This document shows, in pieces, positions 40,010 through 50,016 of a stretch of DNA of 64,000 nucleotides. The position numbers were made by a program, and so were the translations under genes. The stretch comes from Lachnoclostridium phytofermentans ISDg (GTDB taxonomy: Bacteria; Bacillota; Clostridia; Lachnospirales; Lachnospiraceae): contig NC_010001.1 of the NCBI RefSeq assembly GCF_000018685.1, positions 2,466,258 to 2,530,257 on the forward strand, given 5' to 3'. Position 1 is the stretch's first letter; each line of letters opens with the position of its first letter. The notes under the pieces are model-generated. The model saw only the letters and a program-made list of their open reading frames with translations. It searched no databases and had not been told where the DNA came from.

Positions 40010-40318
40010 TTATTTTTTATCAAAAAAGATATTAACAGTAGGATACTAGAACCCCTTGTGGATTATGGGTTTTCTATTGCGACTTTTAGTCCGGATTCTA
40101 GGTGGAATGGAGTCAAAGGTGGATGTTCTTTGTCCGTTTATCTTGACCTTTGACGGAGAGGGAGCCGATACGCTGATGCCATAGTGAAGGGCTTGTCCAT
40201 TTCTTCGTTAGATTTATTTCATTTCTCTTAAAAAGAAAATATTTACATATATTTGACAATATATGTTAGTAGCCTTGAATAAAGAGTTTAAATATAAAGA
40301 TTAGAAGGAGAGATTAAC

Positions 40319-42490
40319 ATGAAGCTAGATAAGATTAGAATAATTCGAACTATGCTATTCATAGTTGTCATATGCTTTTTATCATCGTCTAAGTTTGTTT
40401 TTGCAGCCCAGACGAAATCGTATGATATTAGTAAAGGAAACATTACAATAAATAAATCTGGTGATTATACAATCACAGGTAAGACGGATAAATACACAAT
40501 AACAATTAAAAAAGGTGTATCAACCAACATAACCTTACATGATGTTGAGTTATCAGCAAAAGGATATCAAAATATACCTATTTTGATTGAAAGCGGTGGA
40601 ACTGCGAACTTTATCTTAAAAGGAGAAAACAAGTTAACAAGTGATGCCGATGGTATTCATGTGAAATCTGGAGGAAAGTTTATTATATCATCTTCTAGTA
40701 CTGGTTCTCTAGAAGCAGTTGGAGGACTTGATAACTCTGGAATTGGTGGAAGTGGTACAATCATAATAAAAGGTGGTACGGTAAAAGCAATCGGAGGTAA
40801 ATATGGCTATGGAATCGGAAGTGGCGATGCCTTTAAATTTCTCTATGACAAAGTTGAGGAGGCAGGAACTATAACAATTAGTGGTGGTAATGTAACCGCT
40901 ATTGGTGGAGAGTCTGCTTCTGGTGGTATCGGTTATTCTAGTGAAAAATCAATCGGTAACATCGAAATTACCGGAGGAACCGTTTATTCGACTTCTGGAG
41001 GTTCTGGAATCGGGGATCATTCTAATGCTACTAAGGGTAATAAGATTACAATCAGCGGTGGTAATATTACAGCAATAGGTGGTGCTTATGGTGCTGGTAT
41101 TGGCGGTAATTTAATTCCAAACGAAACATCAGTGACAATCACAGGAGGGACAGTGAGGGCAAATGGTGGTACGAGTACATCCATGTATGATTCTTGGTCC
41201 TATTCGAATTGTAATCTTAAAGGGAAAAAACAAGAGAACGACATAGCTGCAAAGAGTATTACTATTACAGGTGGACAAATATTTGCTGAGACTTGCTCCG
41301 TTCAACCAAAAAATTCCCAAGGACAAAAAGTATATCTTATGTTAATACCAAGTGAAACAGGTAAGGTAAACAAAATTACAGCCTACCAGAAAAGCTATGG
41401 TTGTAAGGATATTAACTCGAAGGGAATATTAAGCTTATGGCTGCCATACTTAAATAGTGAAGATGGTAAGCTTGCTTTAGATGTAACATTTGCGTCAGGA
41501 AAACATACAAAGATGGACTATTTAAGTTCCTATCGTATATTGCAGGGTTATAGTAATTCAAAATATATGGTATTTAATTTATCTGTCAGTAACTTAGAAG
41601 TGTATGCGGATGGTCTTATTTACAAAAATACATTTTATGAAAGAAACAACGAAAATGAAGTGATTAAAGTAACCGGTTCCACTTCAAAAAATCAAATTAT
41701 AGTACATGGCGGGAGACACAGGTTTGAATTTGAGAATGTGACTGTAGATTATACAAAACAAACTGATAAAATGTTCTTTATTGTGAGTGGCGAATCTGAT
41801 ATTATTATCAATAGCAAGAAACAAAATTCAATAAAAACCGGTGGTAGTAGCGTAGGCTTTTATGTAGGTACGAATGCTAAGCTATCCTTTGTAGGAAGTT
41901 CTAATGAGGATAAATTAACGATAGAAACTTTTGATGATTCCTATGGAATTGCAACACCAAGCGGTTCCATCCAACAATTTGGAGGAACTATCTCCATCAC
42001 AGCAAAACAAAATAGCATTGGAGTATATCTTGGAAATGCAGGAGCTTTCTCCTTATATAATGGTATAATTAATGGTATTAGTAGTACACAAAATGCGATT
42101 TATGGGTTAAATTACATGAAAGTTAATGTGTATGGTGGTATAATGAATATGGATAACATTGGGTATCGTGATGAAGGCAATGAGGAAGTAACGGATAAAA
42201 GTTGCTTTACTATTTCAAATGGAGAGATAAATGTTAGTAATCGTATGATATTTAATACGTTTGAAATAACTGGTGGACATATTAATGCTCATTTACTAGG
42301 TTCAGGAAGCGGTTCTAGAATTTTTATGTATCAAGGTAAGATTGTTATGGGTAAATTTATCACTTCCTCGGATGGTGGTGAATCACAAGAATCCGTACTT
42401 GATACGTCTACTATTTATGGTGGAGAAATTGAAGAGACTAATAATGTTACAACAGAAGAATTAAATAAGATACCATTTGGAAAATGCTAG
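40319..42490 (+). CDS. Secreted protein with Gly-rich ~22-aa tandem repeats (predicted beta-helix); unknown function
   Basis: Signal peptide (cleavage near VFA/AQT). Repeats of the form I[ST]GGxVxAIGGxxGxGIGG (aa ~135-320). No LPxTG motif. Confidence 0.7.
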   Translation: MKLDKIRIIRTMLFIVVICFLSSSKFVFAAQTKSYDISKGNITINKSGDYTITGKTDKYTITIKKGVSTNITLHDVELSAKGYQNIPILIESGGTANFILKGENKLTSDADGIHVKSGGKFIISSSSTGSLEAVGGLDNSGIGGSGTIIIKGGTVKAIGGKYGYGIGSGDAFKFLYDKVEEAGTITISGGNVTAIGGESASGGIGYSSEKSIGNIEITGGTVYSTSGGSGIGDHSNATKGNKITISGGNITAIGGAYGAGIGGNLIPNETSVTITGGTVRANGGTSTSMYDSWSYSNCNLKGKKQENDIAAKSITITGGQIFAETCSVQPKNSQGQKVYLMLIPSETGKVNKITAYQKSYGCKDINSKGILSLWLPYLNSEDGKLALDVTFASGKHTKMDYLSSYRILQGYSNSKYMVFNLSVSNLEVYADGLIYKNTFYERNNENEVIKVTGSTSKNQIIVHGGRHRFEFENVTVDYTKQTDKMFFIVSGESDIIINSKKQNSIKTGGSSVGFYVGTNAKLSFVGSSNEDKLTIETFDDSYGIATPSGSIQQFGGTISITAKQNSIGVYLGNAGAFSLYNGIINGISSTQNAIYGLNYMKVNVYGGIMNMDNIGYRDEGNEEVTDKSCFTISNGEINVSNRMIFNTFEITGGHINAHLLGSGSGSRIFMYQGKIVMGKFITSSDGGESQESVLDTSTIYGGEIEETNNVTTEELNKIPFGKC

Positions 42491-42552
42491 ATAATAGATA
42501 ATAGGTGCCAAAGTTTTAGTTATTACAATTTCCATTTCATAAAAATATTTCA

Positions 42553-42620
42553 TAATCTGGTTGGAGAAAATACTATAAATTAAATATTTATAGTTGATAT
42601 TTCCAGCCAGATTTTTGTTT
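42553..42620 (+). terminator. Large hairpin terminator after the secreted repeat-protein gene
   Basis: aatctggttgga ...(nested palindrome ctataaattaaatatttatag)... tccagccagatt, then tttgttttc. Confidence 0.5.
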
Positions 42621-42964
42621 TCTATAAGTAATTTATCTACCTATTTACCAAAATTAAATCTATTTCATTCTCAAATAAATTTCTGACTAATCAATCCTTT
42701 TATAGCAAATCTTTAGTAGTTAACTTTTTTTCAAAGCCTTATTTATCAAGGTTAGCTTCAATATATAAGCGCAACTTATGAATAACATTAGAAATAAACA
42801 CAGATATTCAAAGATAAACACAGAATAATGAATTGACCATTTCTTTTTTTTACAGTATATTTAACTCGTAAGCAAAATTCACAGAATTTCAAACATTTGA
42901 AGATCAAAAGGGAAGAACATAATAAAATTTTCAAAAACATTAAAATACAGTGGGGTGAGGGGAT

Positions 42965-43741
42965 ATGTTAGCAATCGAAAGAATGCAGTTTATTATAAAA
43001 ACACTTCAAGATAATAAAGTTGCTACCGTAAGTGAACTTAGTAAGGTAATTCAGGTAACAGAAGAAACTATTCGTCGTGACCTAGAAAAATTAGAAAAAC
43101 AGGGAGTAATTTCAAGAGTCCATGGAGGTGCATATCTTAGGGAAGGATATGGGAATGAGACACCGACTGAGGTTAGGGGTAAAATCTATCAAAAGGAAAA
43201 AGAGCAGATTGCGAAAGCGAGCCTAACTTTTATAAAAGATTACGATTCTGTTCTACTTGATTGTAGTACAACAGCAAGTTATATTGCAAAGGAAATTAAA
43301 GCTTCTGAGAAAAAAATCTCCGTTGTAACGAACTCCTTACTTGTTGCGAAAGAACTTGAAGATGCAGAACATGTTCGTTTGATCTTACTTGGAGGGGAAT
43401 ATAAGGATAGTACGAAGTCATTCTGTGGTGCAGCAACTGTAGAAGCACTAAATCACTATTATGTAGATAAAGTGTTTATAAGCAGTGCTGGGATAAGTGT
43501 AGAAGCCGGAATGATAGACTATACTTTAGAGGAAGCGACAATACGTAGCAAGATGATAAAACAAGCTCAAACTTGTTTTTACGTTGCGGATATTACAAAG
43601 ATCGGTCGTAATGCGATTTATCGAATTGGTGATTTGGATGATGTAGATTATCTGATTGTAAATGAAGATATCGATAAAAAATCATTAGAACTAAAAGAAG
43701 CTCTTTTGAATCGTAAAAAAGAGATTGTGATAGCAAGATAA
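42965..43741 (+). CDS. DeoR family transcriptional regulator
   Basis: HTH (VATVSELSKVIQVTEETIRRDLEKLEKQG) followed by a DeoR C-terminal sugar-phosphate-binding domain. Confidence 0.85.
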   Translation: MLAIERMQFIIKTLQDNKVATVSELSKVIQVTEETIRRDLEKLEKQGVISRVHGGAYLREGYGNETPTEVRGKIYQKEKEQIAKASLTFIKDYDSVLLDCSTTASYIAKEIKASEKKISVVTNSLLVAKELEDAEHVRLILLGGEYKDSTKSFCGAATVEALNHYYVDKVFISSAGISVEAGMIDYTLEEATIRSKMIKQAQTCFYVADITKIGRNAIYRIGDLDDVDYLIVNEDIDKKSLELKEALLNRKKEIVIAR

Positions 43742-43835
43742 ATCGTGATTAGGAAAAAGTTAGCGAAGTGTACTTTTTCTAGTTTCATATCGTTATCATT
43801 ATAAAAAGGTATTAAATCGCTAGAATTGATATTGG

Positions 43836-44471
43836 ATGAAAGAAAGAATGGATGAAAGAATGAAAAACAAGAAAGAAGAATTAAAAAGAGAAGTAGTTTT
43901 AACCGCAAAAAGAGCATTGAAAGAAGGCATGGTTGCAGGTACTAGTGGTAATATAAGCGTATTTCTAGAAGATTTAAATGCAATGGCTATTACACCAAGT
44001 GGATATGACTATACTATCATGGAGGAAAATGATGTTGTTGTCATTTCTTTGGATGGTACGGTATTAGAAGGTCATCTAAAGCCTTCTTCTGAATGGAAAC
44101 TTCATGCAGAAATTTATAAAAACCTTCCGCATGTGAAGTCAGTAGTGCATACGCATTCCCCTTATGCTACCAGCTTTGCGGTACTTCATAAAGAAATTCC
44201 AGTTATACTCATTGAGATGGTACCATTCTTAAAAGGAAGTATCGAAGTGAGTCCTTATGCAAAACAGGGAAGTAGTGATGTTGGCTCAAATGCAGTACCT
44301 ATCTTGGGTAGAAAAAATGCATGTTTAATGGCTAATCACGGTGTGGTTGCAGTCGGAGATACATTAGGACAAGCATACATCAACAGTATCTATGTAGAAG
44401 ATGCCGCTAAAATTTATCATATGGCGTTAACTGTGGGAACTCCGGTAGTATTAACGGAAGATCTATGGTAA
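43836..44471 (+). CDS. Class II aldolase/adducin-family protein (FucA/MtnB/Ald2-like); candidate 5-deoxyribulose-1-P / MTRu-1-P aldolase
   Basis: GTSGNISV...PSSEWKLHAEIY...HTHSPYAT...NHGVVAVG class II aldolase motifs. Three in-frame ATGs at 43836, 43848 and 43860. Confidence 0.75.
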   Translation: MKERMDERMKNKKEELKREVVLTAKRALKEGMVAGTSGNISVFLEDLNAMAITPSGYDYTIMEENDVVVISLDGTVLEGHLKPSSEWKLHAEIYKNLPHVKSVVHTHSPYATSFAVLHKEIPVILIEMVPFLKGSIEVSPYAKQGSSDVGSNAVPILGRKNACLMANHGVVAVGDTLGQAYINSIYVEDAAKIYHMALTVGTPVVLTEDLW

Positions 44472-44590
44472 AAAAATATTTTATTATAACAGAAAATTTA
44501 TAGTAAAAAAATCATTTTAGTATAACGAAAGGATAATGCAACTGTTTAAAAACAGGCCACAAAATACTGTGGTAAGCATGGGTAATTATT

Positions 44591-45451
44591 ATGAATGAAA
44601 ATAATATGAACTTTTCTGCCTATGAACGATTATTGAAATGCTATGAGAGTTTTCAGAGGAAAATTAATTTCAAACCGTTCGTTGCACTTGTCTTGGGATC
44701 TGGACTAGGTGATTATGCAGATCAGATCAAGGTGGAGGCAACCCTTGATTATAATGAAATTGAAGGATTTCCTGTATCTACGGTAGCTGGACATAAAGGG
44801 CGTTTTGTATTTGGTTATGTGGAAGAAGTGCCAGTTGTTATTATGCAGGGAAGAGTACATTACTATGAAGGGTATGAGATGGAAGATGTCGTACTACCAA
44901 CCAGACTTATGAAGATGATGGGAGCTAAGGTCTTATTCCTTACCAATGCTGCAGGAGGAGTAAACTTTAATTTCAAAGCTGGTGACTTTATGTTAATAAC
45001 TGATCAAATCAGTAATTTTGTACCTTCTCCGCTTATAGGACCAAACATAGAAGAACTTGGGCTACGTTTCTGTGATATGAGTGAAGTATATGACAAAGAT
45101 TTACGTGAAGTCATTCGTAATAGTGCGAAAGATATTGGTATGGAGTTACAAGAAGGTGTTTATATACAGCTAAGTGGCCCTAACTTTGAATCACCTGCTG
45201 AAGTTAAGATGTGTAGACTTCTTGGTGCAGATGCAGTCGGTATGAGTACAGCATGTGAAGCAATTACAGCAAACCATATGGGAATGAAGATTTGTGGCAT
45301 TTCTTGCATATCAAATCTTGGCTGTGGAATGACAGAGGAACCATTAAGCCATATAGAAGTTCAAGAAACAGCAGACCGCGTAGCTCCGTTATTTAAGCAA
45401 TTAATTACAACATCAATTCGAAACATTGCGGATGTAGTGAATTCCAAATAA
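44591..45451 (+). CDS. Purine nucleoside phosphorylase, PNP/MTAP family (PNP-I type)
   Basis: VALVLGSGLG...GHKGRFVFG...VVIMQGRVHYYEGY...FLTNAAGG is the PunA-like signature. Confidence 0.8.
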   Translation: MNENNMNFSAYERLLKCYESFQRKINFKPFVALVLGSGLGDYADQIKVEATLDYNEIEGFPVSTVAGHKGRFVFGYVEEVPVVIMQGRVHYYEGYEMEDVVLPTRLMKMMGAKVLFLTNAAGGVNFNFKAGDFMLITDQISNFVPSPLIGPNIEELGLRFCDMSEVYDKDLREVIRNSAKDIGMELQEGVYIQLSGPNFESPAEVKMCRLLGADAVGMSTACEAITANHMGMKICGISCISNLGCGMTEEPLSHIEVQETADRVAPLFKQLITTSIRNIADVVNSK

Positions 45452-45617
45452 GTTAAGCTGTTACTAGTTAGATAAATAGATTCTAAGACAACTAACTTAT
45501 TAAGACTAATATAGTAACTATAAATTACAAGTAAATCAACACAAAATGAAGATAGATTAGAACTAAATTTCAATCAATCATGATAAAATGGCGTAAATCG
45601 CTGGAATGGAGGCTAAA

Positions 45618-46682
45618 ATGGAAAATGTAACATTAAGTCCAGATGGTAAGTCCGTCGTAATTATTGATCAGACAAAACTTCCGAATGCAATTGAATATCT
45701 TACCTTATCTACATCTCGTCAGATGTATGATGCAATCTTTGCATTAAAGGTAAGAGGGGCTCCTGCCATTGGAATCTGTGCGGGATTCTCTATTTACTGT
45801 CTTGCTCAAACTATAGAAGAGACAGAATATGATGCATTCCTATTAAAGTTTCGTGAATATAAAGATTATCTTGATTCCTCAAGACCAACAGCAGTAAACC
45901 TTAGTTGGGCATTAAAACGAATGGGAAAGGTCGTACTTGATGCGAAAGATAAGAGTATTGATGAAATACTTTCATTATTAAAAGCAGAATGTATAGCAAT
46001 CAAAGAAGAAGATATAAAAATCTGCAAAGCGATTTCTGAATACGGATTAGAGTTTCTTAAAGATGGTGATGGAATTCTAACTCATTGTAATGCTGGACCA
46101 CTTGCTACAAGCCAGTACGGTACCGCTCTTGGACCATTAATTCTTGGAAAAGAGCGTGGAATGAACTTTAAAGTATTTGCAGATGAAACAAGACCATTAT
46201 TACAGGGTGCAAGATTGACCGCTTTTGAACTTCACGAAGCAGGAATTGATGTGACTTTAATCTGTGACAATATGGCTAGTATTGTGATGAAAAATGGTTT
46301 CATCAACGCATGTTTCGTTGGATGTGACCGTGTAGCAGAGAATGGTGATACAGCAAATAAAATTGGTACCAGTGGTGTCGCAATCTTAGCGAAACATTAT
46401 GGAATACCATTTTACGTAATGTGTCCTACCTCTACCATCGATTTAAATTGCAAAACTGGTGATGATATTGAAATAGAGCTTCGTTCCGAGGATGAGATCA
46501 AATCTAAGTGGTATGAAAAACCAATGGCTCCAAGCGATGTGAAATGCTATAATCCAGCTTTTGATGTAACTGATCATAATTTAATCACAGCAATTATTAC
46601 AGAGCATGGCGTATGTAAAGCACCTTTTGAAGTAAGTCTAAGAGAAGCGGTTAAAAAGGCAGAGGACATAATTAATAAATAG
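45618..46682 (+). CDS. mtnA: S-methyl-5-thioribose-1-phosphate / 5-deoxyribose-1-phosphate isomerase (MtnA/DrdI, eIF-2B family)
   Basis: IIDQTKLP...[12 protein letters not shown]...GADR(V) pattern of MtnA. RBS ggagg precedes the ATG at 45618. Confidence 0.8.
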
Positions 46683-46938
46683 TCCGTAATGGTAATTTTA
46701 TAAATGATGTATTACATCATCATCAAAAATGATAAGAATGATTTTAAAAGAAGATATCAAATAAACTATCGATTTTTTAAGATAAATATTGTAAAGAAGA
46801 CATCGATTTAAAATAAATCGATTTTAAAAAGATTCAATTCTTAAAGAATTGATATCAATTTTTAAAGAAGATAATTTTTCAAATCGATTCTTTATCAAAT
46901 TGAATGTGTCTAGGAAAACATGTACAAACTTTAACTAG

Positions 46939-46973
46939 GTAAAATTACCAAATCATTTTATTGGTAATTTTAC
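46939..46973. promoter_or_regulatory. Perfect 13-bp inverted repeat (9-nt spacer) about 40 nt upstream of the BMP-transporter operon
   Basis: gtaaaattaccaa-atcatttta-ttggtaattttac. Confidence 0.5.
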
Positions 46974-47007
46974 TCGAAAAGAACAGCGAAAGAATGGAGA
47001 AAATAAC

Positions 47008-48219
47008 ATGAGAAAATTAGCAGCAGTGATTTTAGGTGTTACAATGCTTGCAACTGTATTTACAGGATGCGGGAAAAAAGCCAATGAAAATAATAATAAT
47101 AATTATAATCCAAGTGGTGCGACTGTAACAGAAGGTGCCTCTTCAGACGAAGCAAACAAAGGTAACAATGAAGGTAAAAAAGAAGCGCTTAAGATTGCAA
47201 TCGTTAGTAGCCCATCTGGTGTAGATGATGGTAACTTTAATCAGGATAATTATACTGGTATCTTAGATTTCATTAAAAAACATCCAGATGCAACAGTAAC
47301 TCCTGTAAAAGAACCAACAGGTGATACAACAGCTGCAATTCAGGCAGTTGCTGATATCGTAGCAGATTATAATGTTATTGTATGTTGTGGTTTCCAATTT
47401 GCAGGTATCGGTACTCTTGCACAAGATAACCCAAATGTTGATTTTATCTTAGTGGATGCATATCCAACTGATGCAGAAGGTAATGAAATAACAGCTAAGA
47501 ACATCTATGCAATGCAGTTTGCTGAGCAGGAAAGCGGATTTTTCGCTGGTATGGCAGCTGCATTAGAATCAAAAACAAAAAAAGTAGCTTTAGTTAGTGG
47601 TATCGCATATCCATCCAACGTAAATTATCAGTTTGGATTTGAAAGTGGTGTTAATTACGCTAACAAGAAATATGATGCAGGTGTTAAATTAATTCAACTA
47701 CCTTCTTACGCAGGAACCGATGTAACTGGTGCTAATGTTGGTGGTAACTATGTTGGTAGCTTCTCTGATGAAGCAACTGGTAAGGTTGTAGCAAATGCCT
47801 TAATTAAAGAAGGTGTTGACGTAATCTTCGTATCCGCTGGTGGTTCTGGAAATGGTGTATTTACGGCAGTTAAGGAAGCTACTAATGTTAAAGCAATCGG
47901 TTGTGACGTTGACCAGTACGATGATGGTGTTAATGGAAGTACTAATATTATCTTAACCTCTGTTTTAAAGGTAATGTCTAAGAATGTTGAGAAGCAGTTG
48001 AATGCAGTTGTTGATGGAACATTTACTGGACAGAATGCATTATTAAAAGCTGATACAGATTCTACCGGTTTTGTGGCAACCCAAGGAAGACAGCAAATGA
48101 GTGCTGAAACAGTCGAAAAAATAGAAGCTGCATATGAATTAGTAAAGAATGGTACCATTGTTCCAGCAGCAAATTTTAACGGAATTAAGTCTGATAGTTT
48201 TCCAGGTTTAGATAAATAG
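47008..48219 (+). CDS. BMP-family (PnrA/Med-like) nucleoside-binding ABC transporter lipoprotein
   Basis: Lipobox FTGC. IAIVSSPSGVDDGNFNQ is the BMP family signature. Confidence 0.8.
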   Translation: MRKLAAVILGVTMLATVFTGCGKKANENNNNNYNPSGATVTEGASSDEANKGNNEGKKEALKIAIVSSPSGVDDGNFNQDNYTGILDFIKKHPDATVTPVKEPTGDTTAAIQAVADIVADYNVIVCCGFQFAGIGTLAQDNPNVDFILVDAYPTDAEGNEITAKNIYAMQFAEQESGFFAGMAAALESKTKKVALVSGIAYPSNVNYQFGFESGVNYANKKYDAGVKLIQLPSYAGTDVTGANVGGNYVGSFSDEATGKVVANALIKEGVDVIFVSAGGSGNGVFTAVKEATNVKAIGCDVDQYDDGVNGSTNIILTSVLKVMSKNVEKQLNAVVDGTFTGQNALLKADTDSTGFVATQGRQQMSAETVEKIEAAYELVKNGTIVPAANFNGIKSDSFPGLDK

Positions 48220-48471
48220 AAAAACGTGTAACTTACGAGGCTGACGCAAAGCTTTTTCAATAATTGACTAAGGTAGAAATACTCTTTTGAAAAGAACAAT
48301 ATTTAAAAGAGTATTCACTAGCTTTTCTTAATGGAATAGATGAAATTTGCAGCAGCCTCTGTATTTGTTATTAGATAAGTGGGAATATGTAATATTTCAT
48401 ACTGCAGGTGTTTAAGACGCTGCAACCACAAACTTGAAATCGCAAAATGTTACGTAGAAATGAGGATAAGG

Positions 48472-50016
48472 ATGCCAGATTATATAGTTGAGATGAAGCA
48501 TATTACTAAAAGGTTTCCTGGTATTGTAGCTAATGATGATGTGACTCTTCAGATAAAAAAGGGCGAAATATTCGCTATCTTAGGAGAAAACGGTGCCGGA
48601 AAGTCAACAATCATGAGTATGCTTTTTGGAATGTACGAACCAGATGAGGGTGAGATATGGGTACGAGGGAAAAAAGAAGTAATATCCTCCCCAAGTTATG
48701 CAACAAAACTTAATATTGGAATGGTACATCAGCACTTTAAGTTAGTACAAAATTATACGATTACAGAAAATATTGTGCTTGGTTTGGAGAAGACAAAAAG
48801 ATTGTTTGGTATCTTACCTTACGTTGATATGAAAAAAGCCAATCAGGCAATCAAGGATTTATCAGAAAAATATGAATTAGAAGTAAACCCGCTAAAAAAA
48901 ATTGAGGAAGTTCCAGTTTCGATTCAACAGCGAGTTGAAATATTAAAAATGCTTTACAGAGAAGCAGAAATCTTAATCTTTGATGAACCAACCGCTGTTC
49001 TAACCCCACAAGAGATTGACTCCCTTCTAAAAATAATTGAAGGACTTAGAGATGCAGGAAAAACAATTATATTAATAACACATAAATTAGATGAGATTAA
49101 ACGAGTAGCAGATCGCTGCGCCATTTTAAATAAAGGTAAGTTGATCGAAGTTCTTGATGTAGCTACAACATCCACAAAGGAAATGGCAAATCTTATGGTA
49201 GGTCGTGAAGTAACCTTCCGCCTTGAAAAAATTGAACCGAAGTTTAAAGAAGCGGTTCTCGAAGTAAAAAATATAACTGTTAAAAATGAAGATAACTTTG
49301 AAGTGGTGAAAGATGTTTCATTTACCATCCATGGAGGAGAAGTGTTTGCAATAGCTGGTGTTGCAGGGAATGGTCAAGTTGAAATTGCAGATTCAATTGC
49401 TGGCTTAATGAAAACTACTTCTGGTTCTATCTGGTTAAATGAAAAAGATATCACAAAAGCTAGCATAAGAAGACGTACGGAAGAAGGAATTTCCTATATT
49501 CCTGAAGACCGACAAAGCTATGGTGTAGTGATGAATTTTACTCTTCAAGATAATATAGCACTAAAAAAATATTATAAAGAGCCCTTTTGCCATAAAGGCA
49601 TTCTAAAAGAAGCGACATTTTCAAATTATTCCTCCAGTTTAATTGAGAAGTATGACATAAGAAGCGGTCAAGGAAATGAAACAATCGTTCGTTCTATGAG
49701 TGGTGGTAATCAGCAAAAGGCAATTATCGCTCGTGAAATAGAGATGGAATCTCCACTTCTTATATTTGTTCAACCAACAAGAGGTCTGGACATAGGTGCA
49801 ATTGAGAATATTCATAAACAAATTATTTCAGAACGAGATAAAGGAAAAGCAATCTTACTAATCTCTTTAGAACTAGATGAAATTATGAATTGCGCAGACA
49901 CCATTGGAGTAATTTATAATGGTAGTTTACAAAAAATTGCACCAGCAGATACACTTACGACTAAAGAAGTTGGAGAATTTATGATGGGAGTGAAGGGGCA
50001 TAACAATGAGAAATAA
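48472..50016 (+). CDS. Nucleoside ABC transporter ATP-binding protein (NupA-like, tandem ABC domains)
   Basis: Two ABC cassettes (GENGAGKST...; second degenerate). RBS gaggataagg precedes the ATG at 48472. Confidence 0.8.
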   Translation: MPDYIVEMKHITKRFPGIVANDDVTLQIKKGEIFAILGENGAGKSTIMSMLFGMYEPDEGEIWVRGKKEVISSPSYATKLNIGMVHQHFKLVQNYTITENIVLGLEKTKRLFGILPYVDMKKANQAIKDLSEKYELEVNPLKKIEEVPVSIQQRVEILKMLYREAEILIFDEPTAVLTPQEIDSLLKIIEGLRDAGKTIILITHKLDEIKRVADRCAILNKGKLIEVLDVATTSTKEMANLMVGREVTFRLEKIEPKFKEAVLEVKNITVKNEDNFEVVKDVSFTIHGGEVFAIAGVAGNGQVEIADSIAGLMKTTSGSIWLNEKDITKASIRRRTEEGISYIPEDRQSYGVVMNFTLQDNIALKKYYKEPFCHKGILKEATFSNYSSSLIEKYDIRSGQGNETIVRSMSGGNQQKAIIAREIEMESPLLIFVQPTRGLDIGAIENIHKQIISERDKGKAILLISLELDEIMNCADTIGVIYNGSLQKIAPADTLTTKEVGEFMMGVKGHNNEK

